Positions 11,501-23,488 of a stretch of DNA of 64,000 nt are shown here, piece by piece. The DNA lies in the NCBI GenBank assembly GCA_965287045.1, contig OZ336890.1:20708001-20772000 (forward strand), written 5' to 3'. The DNA is from Carcharhinus amblyrhynchos. Its lineage: Eukaryota. The number at the start of each line of letters is the position of its first letter. The first letter of the stretch is position 1. The position numbers and the translations under genes were made by a program. The notes under the pieces are model-generated. The model worked only from the letters and a program-made list of their open reading frames with translations. It did no database searches and had not been told where the DNA came from.

Positions 11501-12317
11501 TCAGTCTCAAACATGTACTTAGTTCATCACAACAGAATACTTATTACAGACTATCGTACCTTTACAACCTGTTCCACCATTCCATTTCCTCTTAATTCAT
11601 TAACCCTCTACATACTCTTTGCAGTGTGGCAGTTGTTAATCCCACCAATCCAAGGGTATTATGCTTCAAACTATTGCATTGAAAACTGGATTTGCTTTTA
11701 CCAAAACAAACTTTGTTATGTTGCTCGGTTGCCATGACGCTGGACATAATTCTCATTGATTGCTGATGCTAGCAGCTACAATGCCACAACTTTTGTACAA
11801 ACCTGCCATGCGAGAATCCAAAAGGAGGTTTTGAAGGGCACAGGACAGAATTTCTCCATTAACAATAACAATATTTACATTAGGAATACCTCAGTGCAGT
11901 ATTGAGGTGCCTGGCTGTAATACAGACACCACAAGATGCTTTGAAACCCATCTAAAAGCTTATGTTTATGTATTTTACATGTCAAAGTTGAGAGGCCGGA
12001 ACCTGCACATTATATCATGTGAAACACAGGCATCTCTTTTAGTAATTTGTTGTCAGTTAAACAAAGAGGTAAAAGATGCCTCGCTTGACTGCAGTATGAA
12101 GAATGATCCAGTCCACTGCAATATTAGGATGCTTCATTACAGTGTGACATTTGTAGATTTGACTCCACAGGGTAAATTCAATAATCCCACACAACCAGCT
12201 TCACACTCTGTTCAAAGAGAAGATGGATTTGGAAATTTAAGGTAACAGGGCTTTAATTCTTGCTCTGATCCATGCACATTGCTCAACACTGGAAGCTCAG
12301 GATCATTGATTTTTCCT

Positions 12318-12610
12318 TAAAGTTTATTTATTAGTGTCACAAGTAGGCTTACATTAATACTGCAATTAAGTTACCGTGAAAATTCCAGAGTTGCCACACT
12401 CTGCCACTTGTACGAGTATACTGAGGGAGAATTTTGCATGGCCAATGCACCTAATCAGCACATCTTTTGGACGGTTGGAGGAAACTGGAGTACCCGGAGG
12501 AAACCCAACCAGACACGGGGAGAACGTGTAGACTCCACACTGTAACCCAAACTAGGAATCAAACCTGGACCCCTAGCACTATGATACAGCCGTGCTAACC
12601 ACTATGCCAT
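12318..12610 (-). mobile_element. V-SINE with alternative tail (..gtaagcctacttgtgacactaataaataaac)
   Basis: Same head and V-domain as HE1 with a different 3' ~100 bp. Confidence 0.85.
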
Positions 12611-12629
12611 GGTACTTGTGTGGGGAGTT

Positions 12630-13405
12630 ACATAAGAATTGGAGGAGGGTGTGTGTTTTGGCCCCTCAAGCATATCCACCAATCACTGAGATCATTGCTG
12701 ATCTGCAACCTAATACATTCCTGGTTGCCCCATGTCCCTTAGTAGCGTTAGTTAACAAAAACCTATAAATCTCAGTCTAAAATTAACAATTGATGTAGTA
12801 TCAATCACCATTAGTTACAAACTACTCCCACCTTTTATGAGTAGAAGGGTTTCCTAATTTCATTCCTGAATGTTCAGGATCTAATTTTTAGACCATGCCC
12901 CAAAGTCCCGAGACTCACTACCCTTCCGAATCCTCTTAACATCTTGGAAACTTGGATCAATAAGAACATAAGAAATAGGAGCAGGAGTAGGCCAACTAGC
13001 CCTTCGAGCCTGCCCCGCCATTCAATAAGATCATGGCTGATCTGTCGTGGCTCAGTTCCACATTCCCGCCCTCTCCCCATAACCCTTAATCCCCTCTCTT
13101 ATCAAAAACCCATCAACCCGCGTCTTAAAAATATTTAGCGAGGTAGCCTCCACCACTTCAACGGGCAGAGAATTCCAGAGATTCACCACCCTTTGAGTGA
13201 AGAAGTTCCTCCTCAACTCCGAGTGACTCAAGTCACTCCTTAACCTTCTAATTCCAGGGAATACAACTTAAGTTTGTATCTTTTTTTTTGCAGATTAACC
13301 CTTGATGTCCAGATATAGTACTGGTAAATTTACCCTGTACTCTCCGTCCAAAGCCAACATATTCCTCCAAAGATGTGGTGCCCAGAACTGCTCACAGCAA
13401 TTCAG
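12630..13405 (-). mobile_element. Old CR1 3' fragment hosting a young CR1 insertion
   Basis: Degenerate cataagaa tail; gatgtggtgcccagaactg (QFWAP) motif. Confidence 0.7.
12961..13220 (-). mobile_element. Young CR1 subfamily copy 1 (5' truncated)
   Basis: Near-identical to 22306-22722 and 39707-40004; (TTCTTATG)n tail. Confidence 0.92.
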
Positions 13406-13416
13406 TACAAAGGAAA

Positions 13417-13560
13417 AACCTACATTTTATAAAGTGTCTTTGACAGGTATAAGACATCCCAAAACATTTTACAGTCAATGCAATATTTTTGAAGTGTAGT
13501 TCATATTGGGGTATAGGAAATTCAACAGCTAATTTGTACATAGCAGGTTCCCTGCAAAAT
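13417..13560 (-). mobile_element. Deu-type (SacSINE1-like) SINE tail fragment
   Basis: acatttta.aaagtgtcttt...tttgaagtgtagt...cagctaatttg motif shared with 43653-43920. Confidence 0.6.
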
Positions 13561-14254
13561 GTTAGTGATTTTTACACTCCCCATAGTGGATTTGTAGGCA
13601 GTGGTCTGAGTTTAAAATGGGTTTCATGTCGAGTTCCCGCCCACCCTGACCTCCCCACAATTTTATGCTAGGGCAGGTGAAGCCTAGGCTGGGGTGTCCA
13701 CCCTTGCGCTAGTTGAGGCCCTCAAGTGGCCAATTAAAACTACTTTGAGGGCCAGTTCTCACCCAGTCTCAATTTCTCGGCTGTGAGGGGAGTTCCCGGG
13801 TGTGGAAGATATCTGAAAATAATCGGGTTCAGGTTCCAGGATGGAGGGATTGGGTGTGCCTCCTTCCAAAGCCCCTTTTAACTTAGCTTCTCCCTTAAGG
13901 TTCGATAGCTTCAGGTATCTTCAATCCCCTCAGCCTCTGGTACCCAAAACCCCACTGCTGACAACCCCCACCCCCGGCCTCTCCTACTCTCCCCATCCTG
14001 AGACACCCAAAACTTATTTCTTCCTGGAATCCTGGATCTTAGGCTCCAGGGGCATGCAGCCTCCTTCCTGGTCACTGCAGCTGGTGGCACTGCAGGGACC
14101 AGAGAATTCCAGCCAATTGACACCAGTCGGAGTGTGAAAAGGCCGGGGATGGACAGCATTGATAGGGATCTGATCCCTGCCCACTCTTTGGATGGAGGGA
14201 CAGGAAAGCCCACCATGCGACAAATCTTGGCCCATGTGTTCTTGTGCTCTCAGA

Positions 14255-14408
14255 AACAATTTCTGAACAGAACTCTCCACTCACCTGACGAAGGAACAGC
14301 GTGCTCCGAAAGCTTGTGGTGTTCACGATCAAATAAACCTGTTGAACTTTAACCTGGTGTTAGGAGACTTCTTACCGTGTTTACCCCAGTCCAACGCCGG
14401 CAACTCCA
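14255..14408 (+). mobile_element. Penelope pseudo-LTR solo copy
   Basis: tcacctgacgaagg..ctccgaaagct, aaataaacctgttg.actttaacctggtgtt, ccccagtccaacgccggc. Confidence 0.85.
14281..14319 (+). ncRNA. Minimal type-I hammerhead ribozyme motif
   Basis: TCAC-CTGACGA-A-GGA..TCC-GAA-AGCT-T-GTGG: intact core, stem I TCAC/GTGG. Confidence 0.65.
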
Positions 14409-15070
14409 AAGCTGATTCCATATACACACCACCCTCTGTGTGAAAAAGCTACCCCTCAGGACCCTTTTAAATCTTTCCCCTCTCACCATAAACCCTCTAA
14501 TTTTGGACTCCTTTACCAGGGGAAAAGACATTGGCTATTCACCTTATCTGTGGTCCTCATGATCTTATAAACCTCGAGAAGGTCACTCCCAATCCTCCTA
14601 CACTCCAGGGAAAAAAGTCCCAGCCTATCCTCATAATTCAATCCGGTCCTGGTAACATCCTTGTAAATCCTTTTTGCACAATTTCCAATAGCAGGGCGAC
14701 CAGAATTGTACGCAGTACTCCAAATGTGACCTTACCAAGTTATAACATAACTTCCAACTCCTGTATTCAGTGCTGTAACCGATGGAAGCAAATGTGCCAA
14801 ATGCCTTCTTAGTAAGAAGTCTCACAACGCCAGGTTAAAGTCCAACAAGTTTATTTGGAATCACGAGTTTTTGGAACGCTTCTCCTTCATTAGGTAGGCT
14901 GCTCCTTCATGACTCAACTGATGTAGGAGCAGCGCTCCAAAAGCTCGTGATTCCAAATAAACCTGTTGGACTTTAACCTGGTGTTGTGAGACTTCTTACT
15001 GTGCTTGTCCCAATATCTCAACATCATATGCCTTCTACACCACCTTGTCTCCCTGTGACGCCACTTTCAA
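14409..15070 (-). mobile_element. CR1 LINE ORF2 C-terminal fragment split by a palindromic PLE insert
   Basis: FFTQRVVCIWN and LVRSHLEYCVQFWSP motifs in the ORF track. Confidence 0.85.
14811..15027. mobile_element. Head-to-head (palindromic) PLE pseudo-LTR insertion
   Basis: agtaagaagtctcacaac... / ...gttgtgagacttcttact arms (14811-15000); TSD ATGCCTTCT at 14801-14809 and 15028-15036. Confidence 0.88.
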
Positions 15071-15255
15071 GAATCTTTTATACTGACCTGAGAAGATAGG
15101 CAGAGTCTCAGTTGAATGTCTTATCCATAAGGGAGCAGCATCTTGCACAGTGGAGCAATCCCTCAGATTCTCCACCGTCAGCTTTGATTTTTGCGCTCAA
15201 GTCTCTGAAGTGGAAGTTGAGCTCAGCCTGCTGAGGGTGCTATCAACTGAGCTTC
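15070..15255 (-). mobile_element. Deu-type SINE 5' fragment
   Basis: ctcagttgaatgtct...gcgctcaagtctctgaagtgg...gtgctatcaactgagc tRNA-like head. Confidence 0.6.
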
Positions 15256-15584
15256 AGTCTAACACTGTGTGTCTAACTAGGGCTTCATACAACTGATACA
15301 CAATTACAATTCCCTTGTATTTCAGTCCTCCATAGATATAAAGGCCAGCATTCTAATTGCCTTTTTGATTATTTTCTGCATCTGTTCAGGATTTGAGGGC
15401 TTCCTATTGAATTCACACTGGAAGCTGCACCAAGTTGTTTTGCCTCACGCTCTTTCTCACTTTAATTTTTCCCTGAGCCTGCTGTTATATTTAGGGCATT
15501 TCCCCTCATTGATTCTGGCAATGGAGGCACACTGAGAATTTCAGCTGCCATTCCTCTTTCCGAGGCTGATTTCCAAAGCTTCAT

Positions 15585-15745
15585 TGAATCATAGAATCCT
15601 ACACAGGAAAAGGAAACCATTCAGCCCATTGAGTCTGCACTGACCACAATCCCACTCAGGCCCTATCCCTATAACCCCATGCATTTATCCTATCTAGTTC
15701 CCCCTGACACTAAGGGACAAGTTAGCATGGCCAATCCACCTAACC
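15585..15745 (-). mobile_element. HE1 V-SINE 3' half
   Basis: gaatcatagaatcctaca tail. Confidence 0.8.
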
Positions 15746-15919
15746 ATAGCTTCTTGTGCCTTTATTTCCAGGTTAAACAAAACAGTCCCTGGCAATAAAC
15801 TGTTTCTCTTCAAAATGAGCACTTACTTTCTTCTACTGATAAAAGATCACCGTTTCTGTGAATAAATTGCAAACAAAATGGAAAGAGTTCAACACAAGTT
15901 TAAATAATTTATTTCCACC

Positions 15920-16690
15920 TCAGTAACGTTGCCCAACTCCTCCCCGCCTCAGTTGATCTGCTGCTGAAGCCCTCACCATTCCCCTATTTACCCATGAGCT
16001 CACTGCTGATATTGGCTCCCAGTTAAGCAATGCCTCAGTTGTAAAATTCTCATTCTTTGTGTTATGCCACAACCTAGTTCCTCTTGCGACTTCCTCCAAC
16101 TCTGCAATCCTCGACGATATCTGTGGTCCTTAAATTCTGGCCTCATCCCTGACTTTAGAATCATAGAATAGAATCCCCATTGTGCAGAAAGAGGCCATGT
16201 GACCCATCGAGTCTGAACCTACCACAACTCCACCCAGGCCCTATCTCTATAACCCCAAGTATTTGCCCTACTAGTTCCCCTGATACTAAGTGGCAATTTA
16301 GCATGGCCAATTAACCTAACCCCCACATCTTTGAATTGTGGGAGGAATCCCAGGCAGACACAGGAAGAATGTGCAAATTCCACACAGACAGTGACCCAAG
16401 CCGGGAATTGAACCTGGGTCCTTGGCGCTGTAAGGCAGCAATGCTAACCTCTTGCCGTCCATTGTGTCGCCCAACATTGATGGCTGCTCCTACATGGGCC
16501 TTAGTTCTGGAATTCTCTCCCTAAATCTTCCTTCTGCCCTTTGCCTCCTTCAGAACACTCCTTAAAACCCACCTCTTTGACCAAACATCCGTCCTGAAGT
16601 CTCTACATGTCTCCAATTGTGTTTGAGAACGCTCCTTTGAGGCACCTTGGGATGTTTTCCTACCTCGAAGCCACTATAAAAATGTACACT
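15920..16690 (+). mobile_element. Old L2 LINE 3' region split by HE1
   Basis: WLP-like ggctccca, WNSLP-like tggaattctctccct, LKTHLF ttaaaacccacctcttt, L2-type 3' end. Confidence 0.7.
16157..16465 (-). mobile_element. HE1 V-SINE
   Basis: Full head to tail. Confidence 0.88.
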
Positions 16691-17295
16691 CATGTTTGGT
16701 GTTGCTGAATTAAAAAACAAAGATTGCATTTGTATCGCACCTTCATGGCTCAGGACATTGCAAAGTGCTTTGCAACCAAATAAATATTTTGCAGTCACTG
16801 TTGTGATGTAGGGTTACACATGCTCACAGTCAGGCACAGCTGGAGGCAGAAATAAGGCTGAAATGTATTTCAGTGGTTCAAATGACTTCATAGACCAAGA
16901 CTGCGTACCTTTCCTCTAACTGCCTCTAATGAGTCTCAACAAAATGGTGTATGATTAAGCTACTTTTATTCTGGATTCTGAAAGACAGGTGCCTACAATC
17001 TGGATCCTGGCAATCAGTCTCAGTGCTGAAGCTGGCTCCCCTAGGCCAAAAACTGGCTTGTTCATGGGCCTAATAGTCTCCAGCCAGGGTAAGGAAGGTG
17101 GATTTAGCAGCATGACTGCTGTGACCCAGCACGTTGAATCTGAATTTAACTGAACCACTATCAATATGGCAATGATGGAGTAGAATCTGGGGTGAATTTA
17201 CAGAGAATGAACAACATGAGCTTCAGTGCAGGAGACTGTTACCAGAGAACACAATAACCATACAATCACACTACAGGAAAATGAGCTCGGGGGCT

Positions 17296-17601
17296 ATTTA
17301 TTTATTTACTGTCACAATAATTATTTAGTGTCAGAAATACGGCTTACATTAACACTGCAATGAAGTTCTATGAAAATCCCCTGGTCGCCACACTCTGGCA
17401 CCTGTTTGGGTACACTGAGGGAGAATTTAACATGGCCAATGCACCTAACCAGCACGTCTTTCGGACTGTGGAAGGAAACCGGAGCACCCAGAGAAAACCC
17501 ACGCAGACATGGGGAGAACGTGCAAACTCCACATAGCTAGTGACCCAAGCCGCGAATCGAACCCAGGTCCCTGGTGCTGTGAGGCAGCAATGCTAACCAC
17601 C
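17296..17601 (-). mobile_element. V-SINE with alternative tail
   Basis: ggcttacattaacactgcaatgaagtt tail plus V-domain and tRNA head. Confidence 0.88.
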
Positions 17602-18486
17602 GGTTCGAGGCAATGGTAATAAATTGGCTGTCTGTATTACATGCATCTGATTGACTTAAAGGAAGGAAAATATGGGCATTCCTTTCACTTCTACCCATTT
17701 TGTGCCCCTGCCAAAACTGACTTTCAACCCCCCCCCTTGTTGTCTTCCAGGGAGTTGGGGAGAAAGTGAAATTGGAAGCCTCAAGTCTAAGAATCAGGCA
17801 GCAAGCGATGTTCAAAAAGACTTCACAGCCATCGAATACCTGGATCTGGGCCTAGATTTTGAATTAGTTGATTAAAGGCCACCAAAATGGACAACTCTTT
17901 TGAAGTAGCTTAAATTTCCCATCCTCGGGGGGAAACAAGAATTTTTTTCAACCAAATCAGGGAAGCCTTTAAATGAAGCTTCCATACCTCAGTGTCTAAA
18001 TTTCATGGTGAGTCTAGCCAACATTTCTCAAGGCATCCAGGTAGGGTTAATAAATGCAGCCTCAGTGTCACTCACACTCTGATAACCAATAAAGTGGAAA
18101 GGTGGAGTGTTTATGCGTGGTGATTCAGGCTTGTCAGTTGCAATTAACTTCTTAAGTCTCATCCCAATTGTTATAAGAGTTTCAAAAACTTGGTACTTGG
18201 TTCAAGTTGAAATCTTCCACATGGTGAACGAAAGAAGATTTATGCCATTTGAACTTAAAACAGTCACTTTGTTTGCTATAGCTTCCTCATTGTCGCTGGG
18301 TCCAAATCCAGGATCTCCCACTGTAGGTTTATGGATTGCAGTAATTCAAGAAGGTGGCTCAGAACTACCTTCTCAAGTACAATTAGGGATTGGCAATAAA
18401 TGCCAACCTAGCCAGTGATGTCCAAATCCCATGAAAAGATGTAAAGAAACTTAAATGTGACAATGAGTAAGCATCTCAAGAACCAG

Positions 18487-19164
18487 GGCCTAGATTTTGC
18501 GCTCCCCAATTTTGAGGTTGGGAGTAGTGGGGAGGGTGGGGGGGGGGAAGAACGCGAGCGCAAAATTACATGGATGGGATCTCACCTGCTCTGAACGGAA
18601 CCCAAATTTACACTGGGGCAGACAGGGCCTCAAATGGGAAGCCCACCCTTGCTCCTGCTAACTGGCCACATAAGGACCTTTTTCCACCCTGTCTCAATTT
18701 TTAGGTTGGTGGCCGCTGGAAAGCTCAGGTTGTGCGACAGAGACGTTTTCAATCCCTGATCTCAGGCCGGAAGGTGGTGTGGGGGCAGCGGGGGGGAGAG
18801 ACACCTCTACCAATAGCCCCTTTCTGACTGGAGGCACATTCCCCTCAAGGACCAGATAACCCAAATGCCCCTTCATCGCCCTTCCAGGAGTCCCCTCCCC
18901 TCCCCAGGACCCCTTAACATTTACCTGAACACCGTGCCCAACACGTAGTCCCAGGTATGTGACTGTGGTGCCTCTTTTAGCCAAGCTGATTGGCCGAGAG
19001 GTCTTCAAGACAAGACCTGTGGGGATGGAAGTTCCGCCTACACCAATTAATGCTCATTACAGCATAAAATGGCAGTGGGTCTGTTGGATTTGGTGGGAAT
19101 GCGTTCCCAGGTGACTCTCTGGATGGAAGTAGTCAAGTCCCCACCATCTAAATAATTCAGGCCC
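18487..19164. mobile_element. Harbinger-like MITE
   Basis: Termini gggcctagatttt ... aataattcaggccc; internally related to 13560-14230. Confidence 0.55.
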
Positions 19165-19381
19165 AATTTTCCATTGTCTTATTGGATGGCACGACAGAAG
19201 CAATGCTAACATCCTCCTGATCCATTGTTTAATATCAAGAATTAGTGAAGGCAGATAAGTCCATGATGTTCAGTGATCTAATCATCACTAGGCTCAGCAT
19301 TAGTAACAACGGGTATCAGCCTCATCCACTTCTGTGGAGGCTTCCTTGCACAATGACAAGAAATGTTTCATGGCAATGAAG

Positions 19382-19702
19382 TGGCATGGGGATGGCACAG
19401 TTAGCACTGCTGCCTCACAGAGCCAAGGACCCAGGTTTGACTCCCAGATTAGGTCACTGACTCTGTGGACTTTGCACATTCTCTCCATGTCTGCGTGGGT
19501 TTCCTCCTGGTGCTCTGGTTTCCTCCCACAGTCCAAAGATGTGCAGGTTAGGTTGATTGATCATGCTAAATTGCCACTTATATAGAGGGACTAATAGGGT
19601 AAATACATGGGGTTATGGGGATAGGGCCTGTGTGGGATTATGGTGGGTCGATGGGCCGAATGTCTTCCTTCTGCACTGTAGACAATCAATGATTCTATGA
19701 TT
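19382..19702 (+). mobile_element. HE1 V-SINE
   Basis: ggcacagttagcactgctgcctcacag head; gattctatgattc tail. Confidence 0.9.
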
Positions 19703-20146
19703 CAATGGCTTGTTTGGTGAGTTTAGTGAATAATATGGTGTAAGAAGAGAAGGCATCTGCAGGAGTAGTCAACAGGCATCCACCGGAAAGCATTTTTGAG
19801 AGTGTTCTGAATGATGACTGGAGGGAAAGAACTAAGAATTGCCTGACTTCCTACCACAAAAATGTCTGGTAAATGCTATACGTTAACTCGTTTGGTTTAA
19901 TTTAATTTTAGAGATCCAAATGTTTAAAAATGGAATAAAGATTGAAGTTGAATATTGATTTATCAAGAACAAACTACAAGCTTAATATTTTTCATAAGTG
20001 TCATTGAAATGTTTCAGTGAAGACTGCATCTGAGAATGATAAAATCCTGGAAGACTTCAGGTTCAGTGGCTGGCCTGAATTGAGTTAGCTTGAGTCTAGA
20101 GATGGCAAAAGCATGCTTAATATCTATGATTATATCTGCTCATATA

Positions 20147-20820
20147 AACATAGAAACTAGAAGCAGGAGTAGAGCATTCAGCCCTTCAAGTTTGCTCCGC
20201 CATTCATTTTGATCATGGCTGATCAGTAAATTCAACATCCTAATCCCCCCGCTTCCCCCCATTCCATAGAATCATACAGCGCAGAAGAGGGTCTTCAGCC
20301 CATCTGGTCTGCACCAACACATTAGTAGCATCTGCACTTCCATCTAATCCCACCTGCCAACACTTGGCCCATAGCCTTGAATGTTATGATGTGCCAAGTG
20401 CTCATCCAGGCACTTTTTGAAGGATGTGAGGCAACCTGTCTCTTGATCCCATTAGCCCCAAGAGTATATTTAATTTCTTCTTGAAATTACACAAGGTTTT
20501 GGCCTCAACTGCTTTTGTGGTAGTGAATTCCACACATTCACCACCCTCTGGGAGAATAGATTTTTCCTCCCCTTAATCTTAAAAGGTTTACCCCTTATCC
20601 TCAAACTGTGATCCCTAATTCTTGTCAATTCCCACCCCCCCCGCATCCCCCCCCCCCCACCCCACCCCACCCCACCCCACCACCATTGGGAACAAATTCT
20701 AACCCTGTTAGAATTTTATAAATTTCGACAAGGTCTCCTCTCCCTCTTCTAAATTCCAGTGAATATAATCCTAACCAATTTAGTCTCTCCAAATATGGCA
20801 GACCTGCCATCCCAGGAATA
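20147..20820 (-). mobile_element. CR1 3' fragment with a nested CR1 tail (about 20264-20440)
   Basis: LFSQRVVNVWNSLP and LYSLEFRRGRGDLVEIYKIL in the ORF track. Confidence 0.85.
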
Positions 20821-21589
20821 CAAAAATATCCATTTCAAAACTAATATCAAAAGGCCTATTTCAGGAAAATGTCCAGGGCAGTCATGATACGTGCAGTTGC
20901 ACGATCTTACCGTAATGCCAAACACAAGCTATAATTTTAGAACACGACTTATTGCTAACTGCTTCACTTCTGACTCCAAAACTCTCTGGAATGGCACTGT
21001 CATCATGAAGTGACTTGTGCCATCATGAGTGATATTAATCTGTAATTTCATTGGCTGACCAAACATATACTGAACAATTTAAAAAGGAATTTTTGTAGAG
21101 CCAAGAAAAGACACCAAGTAAAGATGGTTGCCACAAGTCACCTGATACCCAATATTGCCAATGTTCTGTTGCTGGAAAGGTCCAGTGTGGAGTACAATTC
21201 AGGCTTGCCATGACATTCTCCACTAGAACTTCATACCTGAGGACACAAAGCACCACTTCAAAGGGATTGACTGAAAGGTACTGGGCATTGCATTTACATT
21301 TCTATATGACTACCTCTCCAATGCAGACTGAAAGGTCCCAGCACAATAGTTATATTAAAGATGGCTCCCCATCTCATCAAGATGGATAATGATTCATTTA
21401 GTGGGTTAAAGGGTGTAATACTGCAGAACCTAATCACCTCCTCTTCATCACCACCGCCACCCACACCACCCCGCCCCCCACCCCCACCACCACCACTGAC
21501 AGTCATGAAACAACCATCAGTTCAGAATCAGGCAAAAAAAACCCCTTCTGAAATCATTTGGGGAGAGAGAAGTCATAGAATCATAGAAA

Positions 21590-21910
21590 GGGAGGCACAG
21601 TGTACAGTAGTCAGCACTGCTGCCTCACAGTGCCAGGGACAGGGTTCAATTCCGGTCTCAGGTGATTGTCTGTGTGTAGTTTGTACATTCTCCTCGTGTC
21701 TGCATGGGTTTCCTCCGGGTGCTCCGGTTTCCTTCCACTGTCCAAAGATGCATGGGTTAGGTGGATTGGCCATGCTGAATTGTCCCTTAATGTCAGGGAA
21801 ATTAGCAGGGCAAATACATGAGGTTACAGGGATAGGCCCTGCATGGGATTGTTGTCATTGCAGACTCGACAGGCTGAATAGTGTCCTTCTACACTGCAGC
21901 CATTCTATAA
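21590..21910 (+). mobile_element. HE1 V-SINE
   Basis: Head, V-domain and tail. Confidence 0.88.
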
Positions 21911-22305
21911 GAAGTCATGTGACTTCTCATGGCATTTTTAAATCTCTTTAATACAGCATGTAAGAAGGTGAATAGTCTGGGAAAGCTGCCAATGAGGCAA
22001 TAAAGAATTCCTTCCTCTTCTCTCCCAAGTAAGACCCTACCTGTTGCAGTTTAAAAAACAGTTAGTGAATTTTCCATCAAAAGGAATTTCAGCTGCACCA
22101 CCTCTCGACTGGAAGAGTCAGATTATGGACTAAAAGGAAATTGTCCCCAGCAATTGCAGTTATATGAACTTCAACTCAATTCTTGGAGTCCAAAGGAACT
22201 TGGGAAGATGTCTGCCGCAGCTCATAAACTGGGAACTCTTCGTTTTTTTTAACTCTTTCAACACTGAACTGTAATTTACCTCACAGAGTAACTATCTACA
22301 ATATA

Positions 22306-22722
22306 TAAGAACATAAGAACATAAGAAATAGGAGCAGGAGTAGGCCATCTAGCCCTTCGAGCCTGCCCCGCCATTGAATAAGATCATGGCTGATCTGTCG
22401 TGGCTCAGTTCCACATTCCCGCCCTCTCCCCATAACCCTTAATCCCCTCGCTTATCAAAAACCCATCGACCCGCATCTTAAAAATATTTAGCAAGGTAGC
22501 CTCCACCACTTCAACGGGCAGAGAATTCCAGAGATTCACCACCCTTTGAGTGAAGAAGTTCCTCCTCAACTCCGTTCTAAGCCGCCCCCCCTTTATCTTG
22601 AGGCTGTGCCCCCTAGTCCTTCTATCCTTTCTGAGCAGGAAGAGTCTCTCCACCTCTATCCTATCCATCCCATTCATCATCTTGTACGTCTCAATGAGAT
22701 CTCCCCTCATTCTTCTAAACTC
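22306..22722 (-). mobile_element. Young CR1 subfamily copy 2 with intact ORF2 C-terminus (22405-22710)
   Basis: MRGDLIETYK...RTRGHSLK...FFTQRVVNLWNSLP...GIKGYG..AG.W. Confidence 0.95.
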
Positions 22723-23488
22723 TATGCAAATTTTGCATATTTGTGTGTGTGTGAGAATGTGGCGTGAAAATTCATGAAGTGTGGGTTTAAGCTCAACTTT
22801 GCCTTTTTAAATAGTTTGTTGACTTGATTTGATTTGATTTATTATTGTCACACATATTGGGATACAGTGAAAAGTATTGTTTCTTGCGTGCTATATAGAC
22901 AATACATACTGTTGATAGAGAAAGTAAGGAGAGAATGCAGAATGTAGTGTTACAGTCATAGCTAGGGCACAGAGAAACTTAGTATGAGGTAGGTCCATTC
23001 AAAAGCTTGATGGCAGCAGGGAAGAAGCTGTTCTTGAGTCGGTTAGTACGTGTCTTTGGTCTTTTGTATCTTTTTCCTGATGGAAGAAGATGGAAGAGAG
23101 AATGTCCAGGCTGCGTGGTGTCCTTAATTATTCTGGCTGCTTTTCCAAGGCAGCAGGAACTGTAGACAGAGTCAATGAGTAGGAGGGTGGTTTGTGTGAT
23201 GGATTGGGCTTCATTCACAACCCTTTGTAATTTCTTGCAGATTTAGGCAGAGCAGGGGCCATACAAAGCCGTGATACACCCAGAAAGAATGTTTTCTATG
23301 GCGTATCTGTAAAAGTTAGTGAGAGTTGTGGCTGACATGCCAAATTTCTTTAGTCTTCTGAAAAAGTAGAGGTGTTAGTGGGCTTTCTAAATTATAGTGT
23401 CGGCATGGGGGGACCAGGACAGTTTGTTCGTGATCTGGACACCTAAAAACTTGAAGCTCTTGACCATCACTACTTTGTCCCCATTGCT

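Noticed and set aside
14811-15000. miRNA precursor hairpin
   Set aside because: Fully explained as inverted PLE termini with a TSD; no known mature miRNA recognised
19382-19460. tRNA genes suggested by A/B boxes (many sites)
   Set aside because: All continue into SINE bodies and lack a complete cloverleaf
20633-20685. Long C/G runs (also 5517-5545, 10993-11037, 30980-31070) as functional G-quadruplexes
   Set aside because: Simple expansions, several inside repeats; nothing indicates function
21361-21951. 196-aa proline-rich ORF
   Set aside because: Read-through of a CCA/CCC low-complexity tract into an HE1 SINE
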